Shown: positions 48,363 through 57,967, numbered from the stretch's first letter. The stretch is 64,000 nt of DNA from a virus (IMGVR_UViG_3300022602_000026), one strand, 5' to 3'. The notes: generated from the sequence alone by a model not told the origin. Made by a program: numbers and translations.

Positions 48363-49828
48363 CACCGTTAGAAATTATCTCCAGAGACTATTTACTTAAA
48401 ACTGTAAAGTATTATGATGGCGATGACTGTGTTGTAAAGAACTATAAAGACTTTGAAGATGAAATTGTTTTTTGGAAGGTTATGTTATACGAAGCCTGTA
48501 ACATACGTCCCGGATCTAATATTGCAGTCTATGATCGAACCATAAGATTCAATTACTGTACACTGTTTTTAGCAGCAGCCGAGTTGGGTGCTAGGCTGAT
48601 TGTTATTCCCGACTATCCGGTTGAAGGCACTCCAAGAAACGACAAGATGGATCGATTTGTTGAGGTCTACGGTAGATTAGATCTCTGCATATTTGATGAC
48701 AGTGCTGGTACTAGTCAAGCCTTAATAGATTTGACCAACTACTATGGCAATATGACTATTGCCAAAACAATGCTAGACACTTACGAGATTCAAGATCATA
48801 AAAATTATGAGCTAATGTCTACTACTGTGTTTGCCAAACCCGAAGATATCTTTATTATTACCACTACCAGTGGCAGTAGCGGTGAGCCAAAATTAATCCC
48901 GTTCTTGCATCGTCAGATGTACAGAAACGGCAAACGCAATGTAAAAGTATTGGGATTCAATCCCGAAGATCGTGCATGCCATACTAGAAACATGCATCAT
49001 CCTTTTGTGTTAACTGATTTTTTCCTTCCCTCGTTGTGCGGGATCAATCATCACTACAGTATTCCCTTTATTTCGGCCTTTGAAAATGATCAAGCAATTT
49101 TAAAAGCCTTAGACTTTATAAACACACACAAAATCAATCAAATTGCGTTTAGTTCTAGAGCTGCAATGGAAAGTCTGTTGTCGTATATGTCTGACAACAA
49201 TTTGCAGTTCAAGCACGAATTCAATATCATAGTCGGCGGGCAGTATGTGCCTAAAAAGTATCTTGAATACGTCAAGAAAACCAACGTGACAAAAATAATA
49301 GCCAATCTTGGAACGTCCGAGACCATGGCACCGTTGTTAATGAAGCATATAACTCCGCAGGACGATCTCGACACCTATGATGAACAGTTCCTGGGCTATC
49401 CTCCCGACGACACTTATCAATTTCGACTTGAAGGCGAGCGATTGCTAGTTGCTTGTCCAAGTTTGTACGAAGGCTACAAACAACTTGACGACAGATTCAG
49501 CGGAGATACTGTAAATGGTTTTTATCATTTGGGTCGAGAAAATTTTTATAGAATTGATCACATTGAATTTAAACTGTCCGATGTTGTGCAAGTGGTCAAG
49601 GACACATTCTCTGGAGACTTTGACATGTGCGCCGATACCAAGTATCAAAATTTATATCTTGCAGTCTGGAGCGGCAAAATTGATTTTGCAGCAGTCAACG
49701 CTGCAATGCAACGAAGACTAATGGTTACATTTCGAGATTACGATTACTTGGACAAATCAAAATTTACCACTGGTATCAAATTAGATCAAATAGCAATACG
49801 TAATCATTTTAGAAGGAAAACGTCGTGA
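48359..49828 (+). CDS. Adenylate-forming (ANL superfamily) enzyme 1
   Basis: P-loop TTSGSSGEPK, HTRNMHH, LGTSET, FSGD, LGRENFYRI and terminal GIKLD; ATGA overlap with gp47. Confidence 0.8.
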   Translation: MTPLEIISRDYLLKTVKYYDGDDCVVKNYKDFEDEIVFWKVMLYEACNIRPGSNIAVYDRTIRFNYCTLFLAAAELGARLIVIPDYPVEGTPRNDKMDRFVEVYGRLDLCIFDDSAGTSQALIDLTNYYGNMTIAKTMLDTYEIQDHKNYELMSTTVFAKPEDIFIITTTSGSSGEPKLIPFLHRQMYRNGKRNVKVLGFNPEDRACHTRNMHHPFVLTDFFLPSLCGINHHYSIPFISAFENDQAILKALDFINTHKINQIAFSSRAAMESLLSYMSDNNLQFKHEFNIIVGGQYVPKKYLEYVKKTNVTKIIANLGTSETMAPLLMKHITPQDDLDTYDEQFLGYPPDDTYQFRLEGERLLVACPSLYEGYKQLDDRFSGDTVNGFYHLGRENFYRIDHIEFKLSDVVQVVKDTFSGDFDMCADTKYQNLYLAVWSGKIDFAAVNAAMQRRLMVTFRDYDYLDKSKFTTGIKLDQIAIRNHFRRKTS

Positions 49829-50742
49829 AGAAACTATTATTAACAACTTTACTGGCATACGCAGGTGTAACCTTTGCCGCAGAAACTATCACTGTGCTAA
49901 ATCCACAGGGACCGGGCTATTCGGGTACACCGCAATTTATGGCCACTATCGACGAAGCCAATCGATTGCAGAGCCGATATCAATTTGTGCCAGAGTTTAA
50001 AGTGGGCGGATTTGAAAGTGTAGCACTACTAGATGTAAAATCAAATCCTCAAAACAAAATTACCAGCGTGGTCACAAGTCACTTGGAAGCGATAGATCGC
50101 GGCCTAGTCAATTCCACAGACTATACGCCCGTGTTTGCCAACGGCGATGCTTGTTGGGCGCTGGCCAGTAACTTTGGCGACGAACGACTGGGACTGGCAA
50201 ACATCAAAGAAGTCAAAGAACTGATAGTAGGAGCGCCGGCACTGGGAGGTGCGTTACACTTAATGGCGTTGGAACTAGGTAAGCGCTACAACAAGCCGGT
50301 GCGTTTTATATTTTATAAAACCAATGGTGAAGCCGTTTATGCCATGATGCAGGGCGATGTAAACATGACTTTGGATCGTGTAAGTGTCTATCAAGGATAC
50401 AAAAAGAAGTTTCCCAATGTAACCATGTTGGCCATGACCTGTAACCGCCGACATCAAGACGCTCCCGAATTAAAAACCCTACACGAACAAGGTGTAGACG
50501 TTCCTCCAATCTTTAATGTTATCATGTCCAGCAAAGACATGGACGCAACACGTAGACAAGAAATAAAAGCTATCCTTGAACAAGCAACCAAGGCCATTGG
50601 CGAGCAGGAACTTGTTAAACTGGGCGATCATGTTCCTGCTATGTTTCAAAACTTAGATTCCGAGACCTATTACCGAGACCGAACAGACAAGCATATCAAG
50701 TTACGCAAAAAATGGCACGATGCAGTTGAGGCTTCTAGATAA
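49825..50742 (+). CDS. Secreted Bug/TctC-like solute-binding protein 1
   Basis: Signal peptide MKKLLLTTLLAYAGVTFA; GAPALGGALHL..ELG..FIFYK..EAVYAMMQGDV and LAMT..RR..APELKTLHEQG match the Bug pattern. Confidence 0.75.
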   Translation: MKKLLLTTLLAYAGVTFAAETITVLNPQGPGYSGTPQFMATIDEANRLQSRYQFVPEFKVGGFESVALLDVKSNPQNKITSVVTSHLEAIDRGLVNSTDYTPVFANGDACWALASNFGDERLGLANIKEVKELIVGAPALGGALHLMALELGKRYNKPVRFIFYKTNGEAVYAMMQGDVNMTLDRVSVYQGYKKKFPNVTMLAMTCNRRHQDAPELKTLHEQGVDVPPIFNVIMSSKDMDATRRQEIKAILEQATKAIGEQELVKLGDHVPAMFQNLDSETYYRDRTDKHIKLRKKWHDAVEASR

Positions 50743-52205
50743 TGTTACCCGTTGAACAACAAGTAATTTCAAGAAATATCTTCAATCCCGAGACTAGGTT
50801 ACATCACTTAACTGTCGAGGGATACGGCGAAGTGCCGTTTAGCCACGAAGAAATATGCGATCATATTTCTTTTTGGAAGATTCTATTGGTAGAAAAGTAC
50901 GGTGCCTGTAAAGGACAAACTATTCTAATAGAATACAATCTCAACAGTATCTATTCCAATTCGGCTATTTTTGCAGCTTTTGAATTGGGCTTGATCTTGA
51001 TTGTTGACTGGCCCCATGCTTATAACGAAGATGATGTAAACAGTTATAAAATGACCATGCATGGCAAGATTGATCATGCTATCATGTACAGCAAACAACT
51101 AGATCCCGCAAGCAAAGATTTTTATAAATATTGGGATGCTAGAAGAAATATTGTAAACTGTCGCAATATTATAACCGAATTAGATTTTGACAACTACGAA
51201 ATACAGGGCCAAGATGCATACAATCAAATTGGTACCAAGATATTTGCCGAACCCAACGATATAGCAATATGGTCCGCTAGTAGTGGCACTACCGGATTGC
51301 CAAAAAAGATCGAGATCAGCCACAGAAAAGTTTACTTGCAGGCCGAACGACTAGCAAGGCATTTGGGCTTTACCGATACAGATCGCAGTTTGCATGTAAA
51401 AAATATTCATCACGGGGCAAGTATGTGCTATCACTTCTTGCCAACTTGGATGTTTGCCAAGGAACAATATTGTTTAAATCACGACTCGATTGACGAATTG
51501 CCCGAGAAGATCAAAAAACACAAGATCAATAAAGTGTTGTTGTACTCGACATCAATGACCCTGGGCTATCTAAGAGCCACCGATCCACTCGAACATCCAT
51601 TGGATATCATAACACTGTTCAGTCCATCACGGGAAGCACTGGAACTAGTGAACCAAAAGAATGTACAGTCACTTAAGATTGTTTTTGGCGATACTACCAT
51701 TGGACTGGGCTTCTTTGTCAAGACTGTGTTCAACGGCGAAGATCCTGATGCTTACGAAAAACCCTATGTGGGTAAAAAGCTAGATGACTTTTTTGATCTC
51801 AAAGTCGAAGATGGTGCTTTATGGATTGCCATCCCCGAGCTTGACGAAGACTGGAAGACCAGCAACGATAGCTTTGAGTTAAAGGGCGATAAGTTTTATT
51901 TTTACGGCCGACGTAACATGTACAGGATCGGTGACGAGTGGGTCATACTCGGGCACCTGGATGCCGAGACTGAAAGATTGTTCGGGGATCGAGCAACTAT
52001 TGTGGTTGATCAAGAACTAGAATCAATTTATCTTGGTATTTGGACCGAGAACCCGCAAGCAGAAAAAGAATTAAACGATTACTTCGCTAGAAACTTTAAG
52101 AAAGTGTCGATCAACAAAGTGTTACGGGGTGTGGACATGAACGAGTTTGTCAGCAGTAGAAAAGTTGATCGCCAACGTCTCAGGGACGTTTGTCGCCGAA
52201 TATAA
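50742..52205 (+). CDS. Adenylate-forming (ANL superfamily) enzyme 2
   Basis: SSGTTGLPK, HVKNIHHG, FGDTT, YGRRNMYRI and SRKVDR; TAATG overlap with the upstream gene. Confidence 0.8.
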   Translation: MLPVEQQVISRNIFNPETRLHHLTVEGYGEVPFSHEEICDHISFWKILLVEKYGACKGQTILIEYNLNSIYSNSAIFAAFELGLILIVDWPHAYNEDDVNSYKMTMHGKIDHAIMYSKQLDPASKDFYKYWDARRNIVNCRNIITELDFDNYEIQGQDAYNQIGTKIFAEPNDIAIWSASSGTTGLPKKIEISHRKVYLQAERLARHLGFTDTDRSLHVKNIHHGASMCYHFLPTWMFAKEQYCLNHDSIDELPEKIKKHKINKVLLYSTSMTLGYLRATDPLEHPLDIITLFSPSREALELVNQKNVQSLKIVFGDTTIGLGFFVKTVFNGEDPDAYEKPYVGKKLDDFFDLKVEDGALWIAIPELDEDWKTSNDSFELKGDKFYFYGRRNMYRIGDEWVILGHLDAETERLFGDRATIVVDQELESIYLGIWTENPQAEKELNDYFARNFKKVSINKVLRGVDMNEFVSSRKVDRQRLRDVCRRI

Positions 52206-52428
52206 TAGCAGTATTGTTGTTGACAACAAGATTGCCTGCACAGGCCACAGTCCATTGAAGCCTTCCGCCAAATTCTGGAACTTGTTCGGTCCAAGTATTG
52301 ACTTCGATACTGACATTATCAACAAAAAATTCATTTAGTTCGTTTTCGGTGCGCTCGACTATACGCCAAGCAGGTGCATTGGGATTTGTCAAATGCTTGG
52401 GATTAAATTGTAAATGGTATTTGTTCAT
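52180..52428 (-). CDS. Small hypothetical late protein, antisense within the ANL/Bug cassette
   Basis: 82 aa with a globular composition (YHLQFN..WRI..WTVACAGNL). It occupies an otherwise empty intergenic gap, and AATAAATA lies 5 nt before its ATG. Confidence 0.65.
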   Translation of the reverse strand: MNKYHLQFNPKHLTNPNAPAWRIVERTENELNEFFVDNVSIEVNTWTEQVPEFGGRLQWTVACAGNLVVNNNTAIIFGDKRP

Positions 52429-52433
52429 AATGA

Positions 52434-52441
52434 TATTTATT
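52434..52441 (-). promoter_or_regulatory. Late promoter AATAAATA for 52180..52428
   Basis: AATAAATA-TCATT-ATG. Confidence 0.6.
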
Positions 52442-52478
52442 GATGCCGTTTTATGTTAAAATTACTATTGGAGTTATT

Positions 52479-53399
52479 ATGAGAAAATTATTGTCCGCAT
52501 TACTGATCGGCATATCAACTATGAGTTATGCCACAGAAAACATCACAGTTATAGATGCCCAAGGGCCATCGCATTCGGGAACACCACAATTGATTGCAGT
52601 TGTTGCCGAAGCCAACAAAATACAAAACCGATATCAATTTAATGTAGAATTCAAAACCGGCGGGTTTGAATCTATTGCATTAAAAGCATTACAGGATTCG
52701 CCGTCAAATAGCGTAGCAACAATTACCAATGCTGTAATTGAATCGTTTAGTCGACGACTGGTAGACGAAAACGACATTGTGCCGGTGTTTAGTCAAGGCG
52801 ACAGTTGTTGGGCAGTGGTTGCGCTAACCACAAGCAGTTTAGAGGGATTGGATGCCGTAAAAAGCATGGACGAAATTGTTGTAGGTGCTGCTGCCATCGG
52901 CGGTGCTGCACATTTGACTGCATTAGAGATAGGACAAAAATACAACAAGCCGGTACGTTTAATTAATTATAAATCAAGTTTTGATGCGCTGGTGGGCATG
53001 GCTGCCGAAACTGGTGTTAATTTTACCATGGAGCGTGTTAGGAATATTGCACAATATCAAGAAAAGAATAAAAATTTAAAAATTGTTGCCATGAGTTGTT
53101 CGCGTCGCCATCCCGATGCTGCCGCAGTTAAAACTCTAGACGAATACGGAATACACACTCCTTATGTTTGGCAACAGATTGTGGCCAGTAAATCAATGAG
53201 TCCCGAACGTGTTGACGAAATTGCCGGTATATTTGCACAGGCAACACAACATGTCGGGCTAGCCAAAATACAAGAACTCAGCGATCAAGTTCCGCCCGTG
53301 TTTAATCATGTCAGCACCAAGAATCATTATTATTCTAGTATAGACAAATTGAAATCGTATAGAGAAAAATTTAAAGCAGAAATTGCACAGGACAAATAA
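52479..53399 (+). CDS. Secreted Bug/TctC-like solute-binding protein 2 (start revised from 52440 to 52479)
   Basis: GGAG SD then MRKLLSALLIGISTMSYA signal peptide; paralog of 49825..50742; extended -10 TGtTAAAAT at 52454-62. Confidence 0.75.
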   Translation: MRKLLSALLIGISTMSYATENITVIDAQGPSHSGTPQLIAVVAEANKIQNRYQFNVEFKTGGFESIALKALQDSPSNSVATITNAVIESFSRRLVDENDIVPVFSQGDSCWAVVALTTSSLEGLDAVKSMDEIVVGAAAIGGAAHLTALEIGQKYNKPVRLINYKSSFDALVGMAAETGVNFTMERVRNIAQYQEKNKNLKIVAMSCSRRHPDAAAVKTLDEYGIHTPYVWQQIVASKSMSPERVDEIAGIFAQATQHVGLAKIQELSDQVPPVFNHVSTKNHYYSSIDKLKSYREKFKAEIAQDK

Positions 53400-54878
53400 A
53401 TGACCGTAGTAACTAGAGCGTGTATTAATCAAAACATTTTAATACACCAACACAATCACACCCAAGGATCTGTCTTAGACAAAACTTTTAATTACAACGA
53501 GTTTTGTATGATGATTGACTACTGGAAGTTGTTATTAATCGACAAGTACAATGTACAACGCGGCAATACCATGTTCATTGACTTTGAATTGATCAATACC
53601 TACTACTACAGTCTTATTTTTGCTGCTGCAGAATTAGGTATTATCATGATCATTGATTGGCCGCATTGTTGGAAAGAAGAAGATCTATTGGATCATAAAG
53701 TAACAATGTACGGCACAGTTGATCTAGTTGTTACACAAAAAGAAAAGTTCAACAATCCTGGAAGACATTGGGATGTGCAACGAAACTTGAAGTACGCAAA
53801 AAACATTATCTTTCAAGACGAATTTGACGAATATTCGGTCAAGGACAGTGCGATATTTCCCGGCATAGACCAATTGGTCTGGGCTCGAGAAGACGATGCT
53901 TTTTGTTATACTTGCAGCAGCGGCACCACTGGATTGGCCAAACGTATCGAAAACGATCATAAAAAGATCTATGATATGGCAACAAACATGGTCAAGCATT
54001 TGGAATTTGATCCCAATGCTCGAGTATTGCACACTAGAAATATGCATCATGGCGCCAGTTTATGTTATCATTTCCTTCCGGGATTTATTGCCGGCGGGGA
54101 ACAATTTACCTACACACTGACCGATCACACCGATGAAGCAGTTGCAAAAATAGTTGCGTTTACTCAACTGCACAAACTAAATCAATTGTTCTTGTACATT
54201 CCCGAATTCTTGTTGTCATTTTTAAAACAAATTGATCCTGTACAACATCCGGTAAGAATCAGTACGCTATTTCAAATTACACTCGAAGTTGCACATCTAG
54301 TTAAAGAAAAAAACATCCAGCGAGCATTTTCTCCGTTTGGGGATAGCAACATTGCTGCCGGTATCTTTGTTAAAAAAGTAGATAAGAACACAGACTTGAC
54401 CAATTACGAAGTTGGCGATATGGGTCCGCCAATCACAGAATTATTTGACTGCGAAGTTCGTGCCGATTCCATGTTGTATGTTAGATGTCAAAAATGGAAT
54501 CAAGACTGGCGCTCCAGTGGTGACTTGTTTGAAGTACGCAATGGAAATTTTGTATTCATGGGCCGAGCCAACAATTATAGAATCAATATGCAGTGGATAC
54601 AACAAGCCACTGTAGAAAAACTGGTACGAGATTTGTTTGGCTTTAATAAAGCACACATTGTGATCGATCCCGAAATGCAAAAAGTCTATGCAGCAATATG
54701 GGAACACAATCCCGAAGCTGAACAAGCACTACACCAATACTTTGAAGATAACTTTGAAGAATTAAAAATTGCATACGTTATCAAGAACGAAAAATTTGAA
54801 CACTTCTGGAACAGTAGAAAGATAGATTATTCTAAAATACGCGATTACTGTAGATCTAAATTAGGAATTAAGTTATAA
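53400..54878 (+). CDS. Adenylate-forming (ANL superfamily) enzyme 3
   Basis: SSGTTGLAK, HTRNMHHG, FGDSN, SSGD, MGRANNYRI and SRKIDY; abuts the Bug2 stop codon. Confidence 0.8.
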   Translation: MTVVTRACINQNILIHQHNHTQGSVLDKTFNYNEFCMMIDYWKLLLIDKYNVQRGNTMFIDFELINTYYYSLIFAAAELGIIMIIDWPHCWKEEDLLDHKVTMYGTVDLVVTQKEKFNNPGRHWDVQRNLKYAKNIIFQDEFDEYSVKDSAIFPGIDQLVWAREDDAFCYTCSSGTTGLAKRIENDHKKIYDMATNMVKHLEFDPNARVLHTRNMHHGASLCYHFLPGFIAGGEQFTYTLTDHTDEAVAKIVAFTQLHKLNQLFLYIPEFLLSFLKQIDPVQHPVRISTLFQITLEVAHLVKEKNIQRAFSPFGDSNIAAGIFVKKVDKNTDLTNYEVGDMGPPITELFDCEVRADSMLYVRCQKWNQDWRSSGDLFEVRNGNFVFMGRANNYRINMQWIQQATVEKLVRDLFGFNKAHIVIDPEMQKVYAAIWEHNPEAEQALHQYFEDNFEELKIAYVIKNEKFEHFWNSRKIDYSKIRDYCRSKLGIKL

Positions 54879-54884
54879 TACTAT

Positions 54885-56654
54885 ATGTTTAAAATAAAAG
54901 ATTTAACAGTTAAAAATTTTATGAGTGTGGGCAATACCACACAGGCCGTTAGTTTTGATCGCAACGATTTAACACTGGTACTGGGTGAGAACTTGGACTT
55001 GGGCGGCGACGATTCAGGTGCACGTAACGGCACTGGTAAGACTACTATTATTAATGCATTGAGCTATGCGCTCTACGGCAATGCACTTACCAATATCAAG
55101 AAAGACAATTTGATCAATAAAACCAATACCAAAGGTATGATGGTTACCATTGATTTTGAAAAGGATGGGCAAAACTATCGTATCGAACGAGGACGTAAGC
55201 CCAACGTAATGAAGTTTTGGGTCAACGACACCGAACGAGAAATCACAGACGAAGCTCAAGGTGATTCACGAGAGACTCAAGCCGACATAGAACGTATGTT
55301 GGGCATGAGTCACGAAATGTTCAAGCATATTGTGGCCCTAAACACCTATACTGAACCTTTTCTAGCACTAAAAGCCAACGATCAACGCACTATTATTGAA
55401 CAGTTGTTGGGCATTACATTATTAAGTGAAAAAGCAGAATTACTTAAAGAACAGACTAAGGCTACAAAAGATGCTATAACTCAAGAAGAGTTTAGAATCA
55501 AAGCAGTCACAGATGCCAACACACGTATACAAGAACAAATAGATAATTTAAAACGCAGACAAACTCTATGGCAAAAGAAACACGACGAAGACTGTGCCAA
55601 GTTGCAGAGTGCATTTGATGAACTAAGTCATTTAGACATTGAAGCAGAACTAGTAGCACATCAACAGTTAAGCGAGTACAACAAGAAGAAGGCCGAGATT
55701 GACAAGATCAAAGGCTACATCGCACAAAACGAACGTGACCAAGCTCGAGAAGACAAAGTTTTAGCTAAATTAAATGCTGAACTAGAAGCATTGCAAAATC
55801 ATCAATGTCATGCTTGTGGACAGGACTTGCATGACGACGATCACGAGCAGATGTTGGCCGACAAACAAAAACAAATTAGCGAAGTTGCTTTAAATGCTCT
55901 TGCGGCCAATACACAATGGCTTGAGAATACCGCCGCGTTGACTGCATTAGGCGAGTTGGGCACACGGCCAGAAGTTTACTATACCAACGAGAGCGATGCA
56001 TTTGAACATAGATCAAGTATGGGCAGTGTGTTGACTCAATTGACTGCCAAACAAGAAGAAACTGATCCTTATGCCGATCAGATTCAAGACATGAGCGACC
56101 AAGCATTAGAAGAAATCAATTACGACTTGATGAACGAACTTGACCGAATCAAGCAACATCAAGAGTTCTTGTACAAGTTATTGACCAACAAAGACAGTTT
56201 TATTCGTAAACGTATTATTGATCAAAATCTAAGTTATTTGAATGCACGTTTAGGACAATATCTAGATCGCATTGGCTTGCCACATACTGTTAAATTCAAT
56301 AACGATTTAACTGTCAGCATCAGCGAACTGGGTCGGGAACTAGATTTTGATAATCTAAGTCGAGGCGAACGCAATAGATTAATCTTGAGTTTGAGCTGGG
56401 CGTTCCGTGATGTTTGGGAAAGTTTATATCAGCCCATCAACTTGTTGTTCATTGACGAGCTTGTTGATTCGGGCATGGACAGTTCGGGAGTAGAAAATGC
56501 ATTATCAATATTAAAGAAAATGAGTCGAGACAGCGATAAAAGCATTTGGTTAGTGAGTCACAAAGACGAACTGGCCGGAAGGGTCAACAATACATTGCAC
56601 GTAGTTAAAGAAAATGGATATACAAGTTACAACACCGACGTCGATATCAATTGA
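54885..56654 (+). CDS. gp46: Recombination ATPase subunit, T4 gp46 (Rad50/SbcC-like)
   Basis: Walker A NGTGKTT, coiled coil with CHAC zinc hook, signature LSRGE, Walker B FIDE, H-loop VSH. Confidence 0.95.
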   Translation: MFKIKDLTVKNFMSVGNTTQAVSFDRNDLTLVLGENLDLGGDDSGARNGTGKTTIINALSYALYGNALTNIKKDNLINKTNTKGMMVTIDFEKDGQNYRIERGRKPNVMKFWVNDTEREITDEAQGDSRETQADIERMLGMSHEMFKHIVALNTYTEPFLALKANDQRTIIEQLLGITLLSEKAELLKEQTKATKDAITQEEFRIKAVTDANTRIQEQIDNLKRRQTLWQKKHDEDCAKLQSAFDELSHLDIEAELVAHQQLSEYNKKKAEIDKIKGYIAQNERDQAREDKVLAKLNAELEALQNHQCHACGQDLHDDDHEQMLADKQKQISEVALNALAANTQWLENTAALTALGELGTRPEVYYTNESDAFEHRSSMGSVLTQLTAKQEETDPYADQIQDMSDQALEEINYDLMNELDRIKQHQEFLYKLLTNKDSFIRKRIIDQNLSYLNARLGQYLDRIGLPHTVKFNNDLTVSISELGRELDFDNLSRGERNRLILSLSWAFRDVWESLYQPINLLFIDELVDSGMDSSGVENALSILKKMSRDSDKSIWLVSHKDELAGRVNNTLHVVKENGYTSYNTDVDIN

Positions 56655-57516
56655 GCAAGTGCGTGTGTTGCACTTGGAGCCAACCGACGTTTGTCAAGCT
56701 GCATGTCCGCTGTGTGCCCGAGAAACCGATCCCGAGTTTGACAAAGATTTAAAACATTCGCTCACAGTCGACGACATTCAACGTATATTGCCTGAATCTG
56801 TTATTCGGCAACTTGACAAAATGTTCATGTGCGGTAATTATGGCGATCCAGCAGCCAGTGCAAGTACTTTAAAGTTATATGATTATTTTAGAAGCGTCAA
56901 CAACAATATTGTACTGGGCATGAACACTAACGGCGGCATTCGTGACACCGAGTGGTGGGAGCAATTGGCAAAAAGATTGTGTCAACCACAAGATTATGTT
57001 GTTTTTAGCATAGACGGTTTGGCAGATACCAATCATGTTTATAGACGCAATGTAGACTGGCACCGTGTCATAAGTAATGCTGCTGCATTTATCAAAGCCG
57101 GAGGCAATGCTCACTGGGATATGTTGGTTTACAATCACAACCGGCACCAAGTCAACGACTGCGAACAATTGGCCCGTGACATGGGATTTCGATGGTTTAG
57201 AGCTAAAGTAAGCAAACGCCCATTGGCCAATGGATTAGAATATCCCGTAGGCTGGGCTAGACGAGAAATACAAAGTACTGTGATCGATTGTCACGCTATT
57301 AGAGAGAAAAGCATTTACATAGACGCACAGGGAAATATACATCCTTGCTGCTGGTTAGGCGAAAAACAAAGCAATTTTCATACAGATTTCAACAAAATAC
57401 AAGCATCATGGCACTCAACTACACCCAATCCCGTTTGTCGAGCGATTTGTTCTACAGAAAACTCACAGACCAATTTCACATCACAATGGCAGAAAAATAT
57501 CGAATTAGCTCCTTGA
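56614..57516 (+). CDS. Radical SAM protein with short C-terminal twitch domain (start uncertain)
   Basis: CQAACPLC, GNYGDP, TNGG, FSIDG; C-terminal C..IDAQGNIHPCC..CRAIC; the annotated start overlaps gp46 by 41 nt. Confidence 0.85.
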   Translation: MDIQVTTPTSISIEQVRVLHLEPTDVCQAACPLCARETDPEFDKDLKHSLTVDDIQRILPESVIRQLDKMFMCGNYGDPAASASTLKLYDYFRSVNNNIVLGMNTNGGIRDTEWWEQLAKRLCQPQDYVVFSIDGLADTNHVYRRNVDWHRVISNAAAFIKAGGNAHWDMLVYNHNRHQVNDCEQLARDMGFRWFRAKVSKRPLANGLEYPVGWARREIQSTVIDCHAIREKSIYIDAQGNIHPCCWLGEKQSNFHTDFNKIQASWHSTTPNPVCRAICSTENSQTNFTSQWQKNIELAP

Positions 57517-57518
57517 GT

Positions 57519-57526
57519 CATAATTA
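57519..57526 (+). promoter_or_regulatory. Possible variant late promoter CATAATTA for the GIY-YIG gene
   Basis: One mismatch to NATAAATA; same 6-nt gap to ATG as the promoter at 63713. Confidence 0.4.
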
Positions 57527-57532
57527 TGTTAT

Positions 57533-57967
57533 ATGCAATGGATATATCAAAACCTACCTGTTGAGGAATTACCCGAAGACTGTGTGGGGTTTGTGTATCT
57601 TATTACAAATAATCTATCTGGCAAAAAGTACATAGGCAAAAAACTAGCGAAATTCGCAAAAACCACTTATAAAACAGTAAAACTCAAGAACGGCAACAAG
57701 AAAAAGAAGAAGATACGATCAAAAGTAGATTCTGATTGGCAAACATATTATGGCTCTAACGACCAACTCAACAAAGACGTTCAAACTCATGGCACCGAAA
57801 ACTTTACCAGAGAAATACTCTACTATTGCAAGAGCAAGGCTGAATGTAGTTACATTGAAGCACGTGAACAATTCACAAATAGAGTATTAGAATCTACAGA
57901 TTATTATAACGGACAGATATCTGTTCGTGTCCATGGCTCCCACATACTAAACAAATTACACGGTTAA
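57533..57967 (+). CDS. Minimal GIY-YIG-family protein
   Basis: GFVYLITN..GKKYIGKK, YIEAREQF (Glu) and YYNG (Asn); Lys-rich insert KLKNGNKKKKKIRSK; no separate DNA-binding tail. Confidence 0.8.
   Translation: MQWIYQNLPVEELPEDCVGFVYLITNNLSGKKYIGKKLAKFAKTTYKTVKLKNGNKKKKKIRSKVDSDWQTYYGSNDQLNKDVQTHGTENFTREILYYCKSKAECSYIEAREQFTNRVLESTDYYNGQISVRVHGSHILNKLHG

Noticed and set aside
52440-52478. ORF-track start of Bug2 at 52440, and of gp55 at 46399
   Set aside because: Downstream starts (52479 ATG and 46423 GTG) have proper SDs and restore the signal peptide or homologous N-terminus.
48359-54878. Host-derived contamination or chimeric assembly of the ANL/Bug cassette
   Set aside because: The genes are joined to gp47 by an ATGA overlap and lie 6 nt from gp46, and the cassette contains a phage late promoter. 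Read mapping would still be the decisive test.
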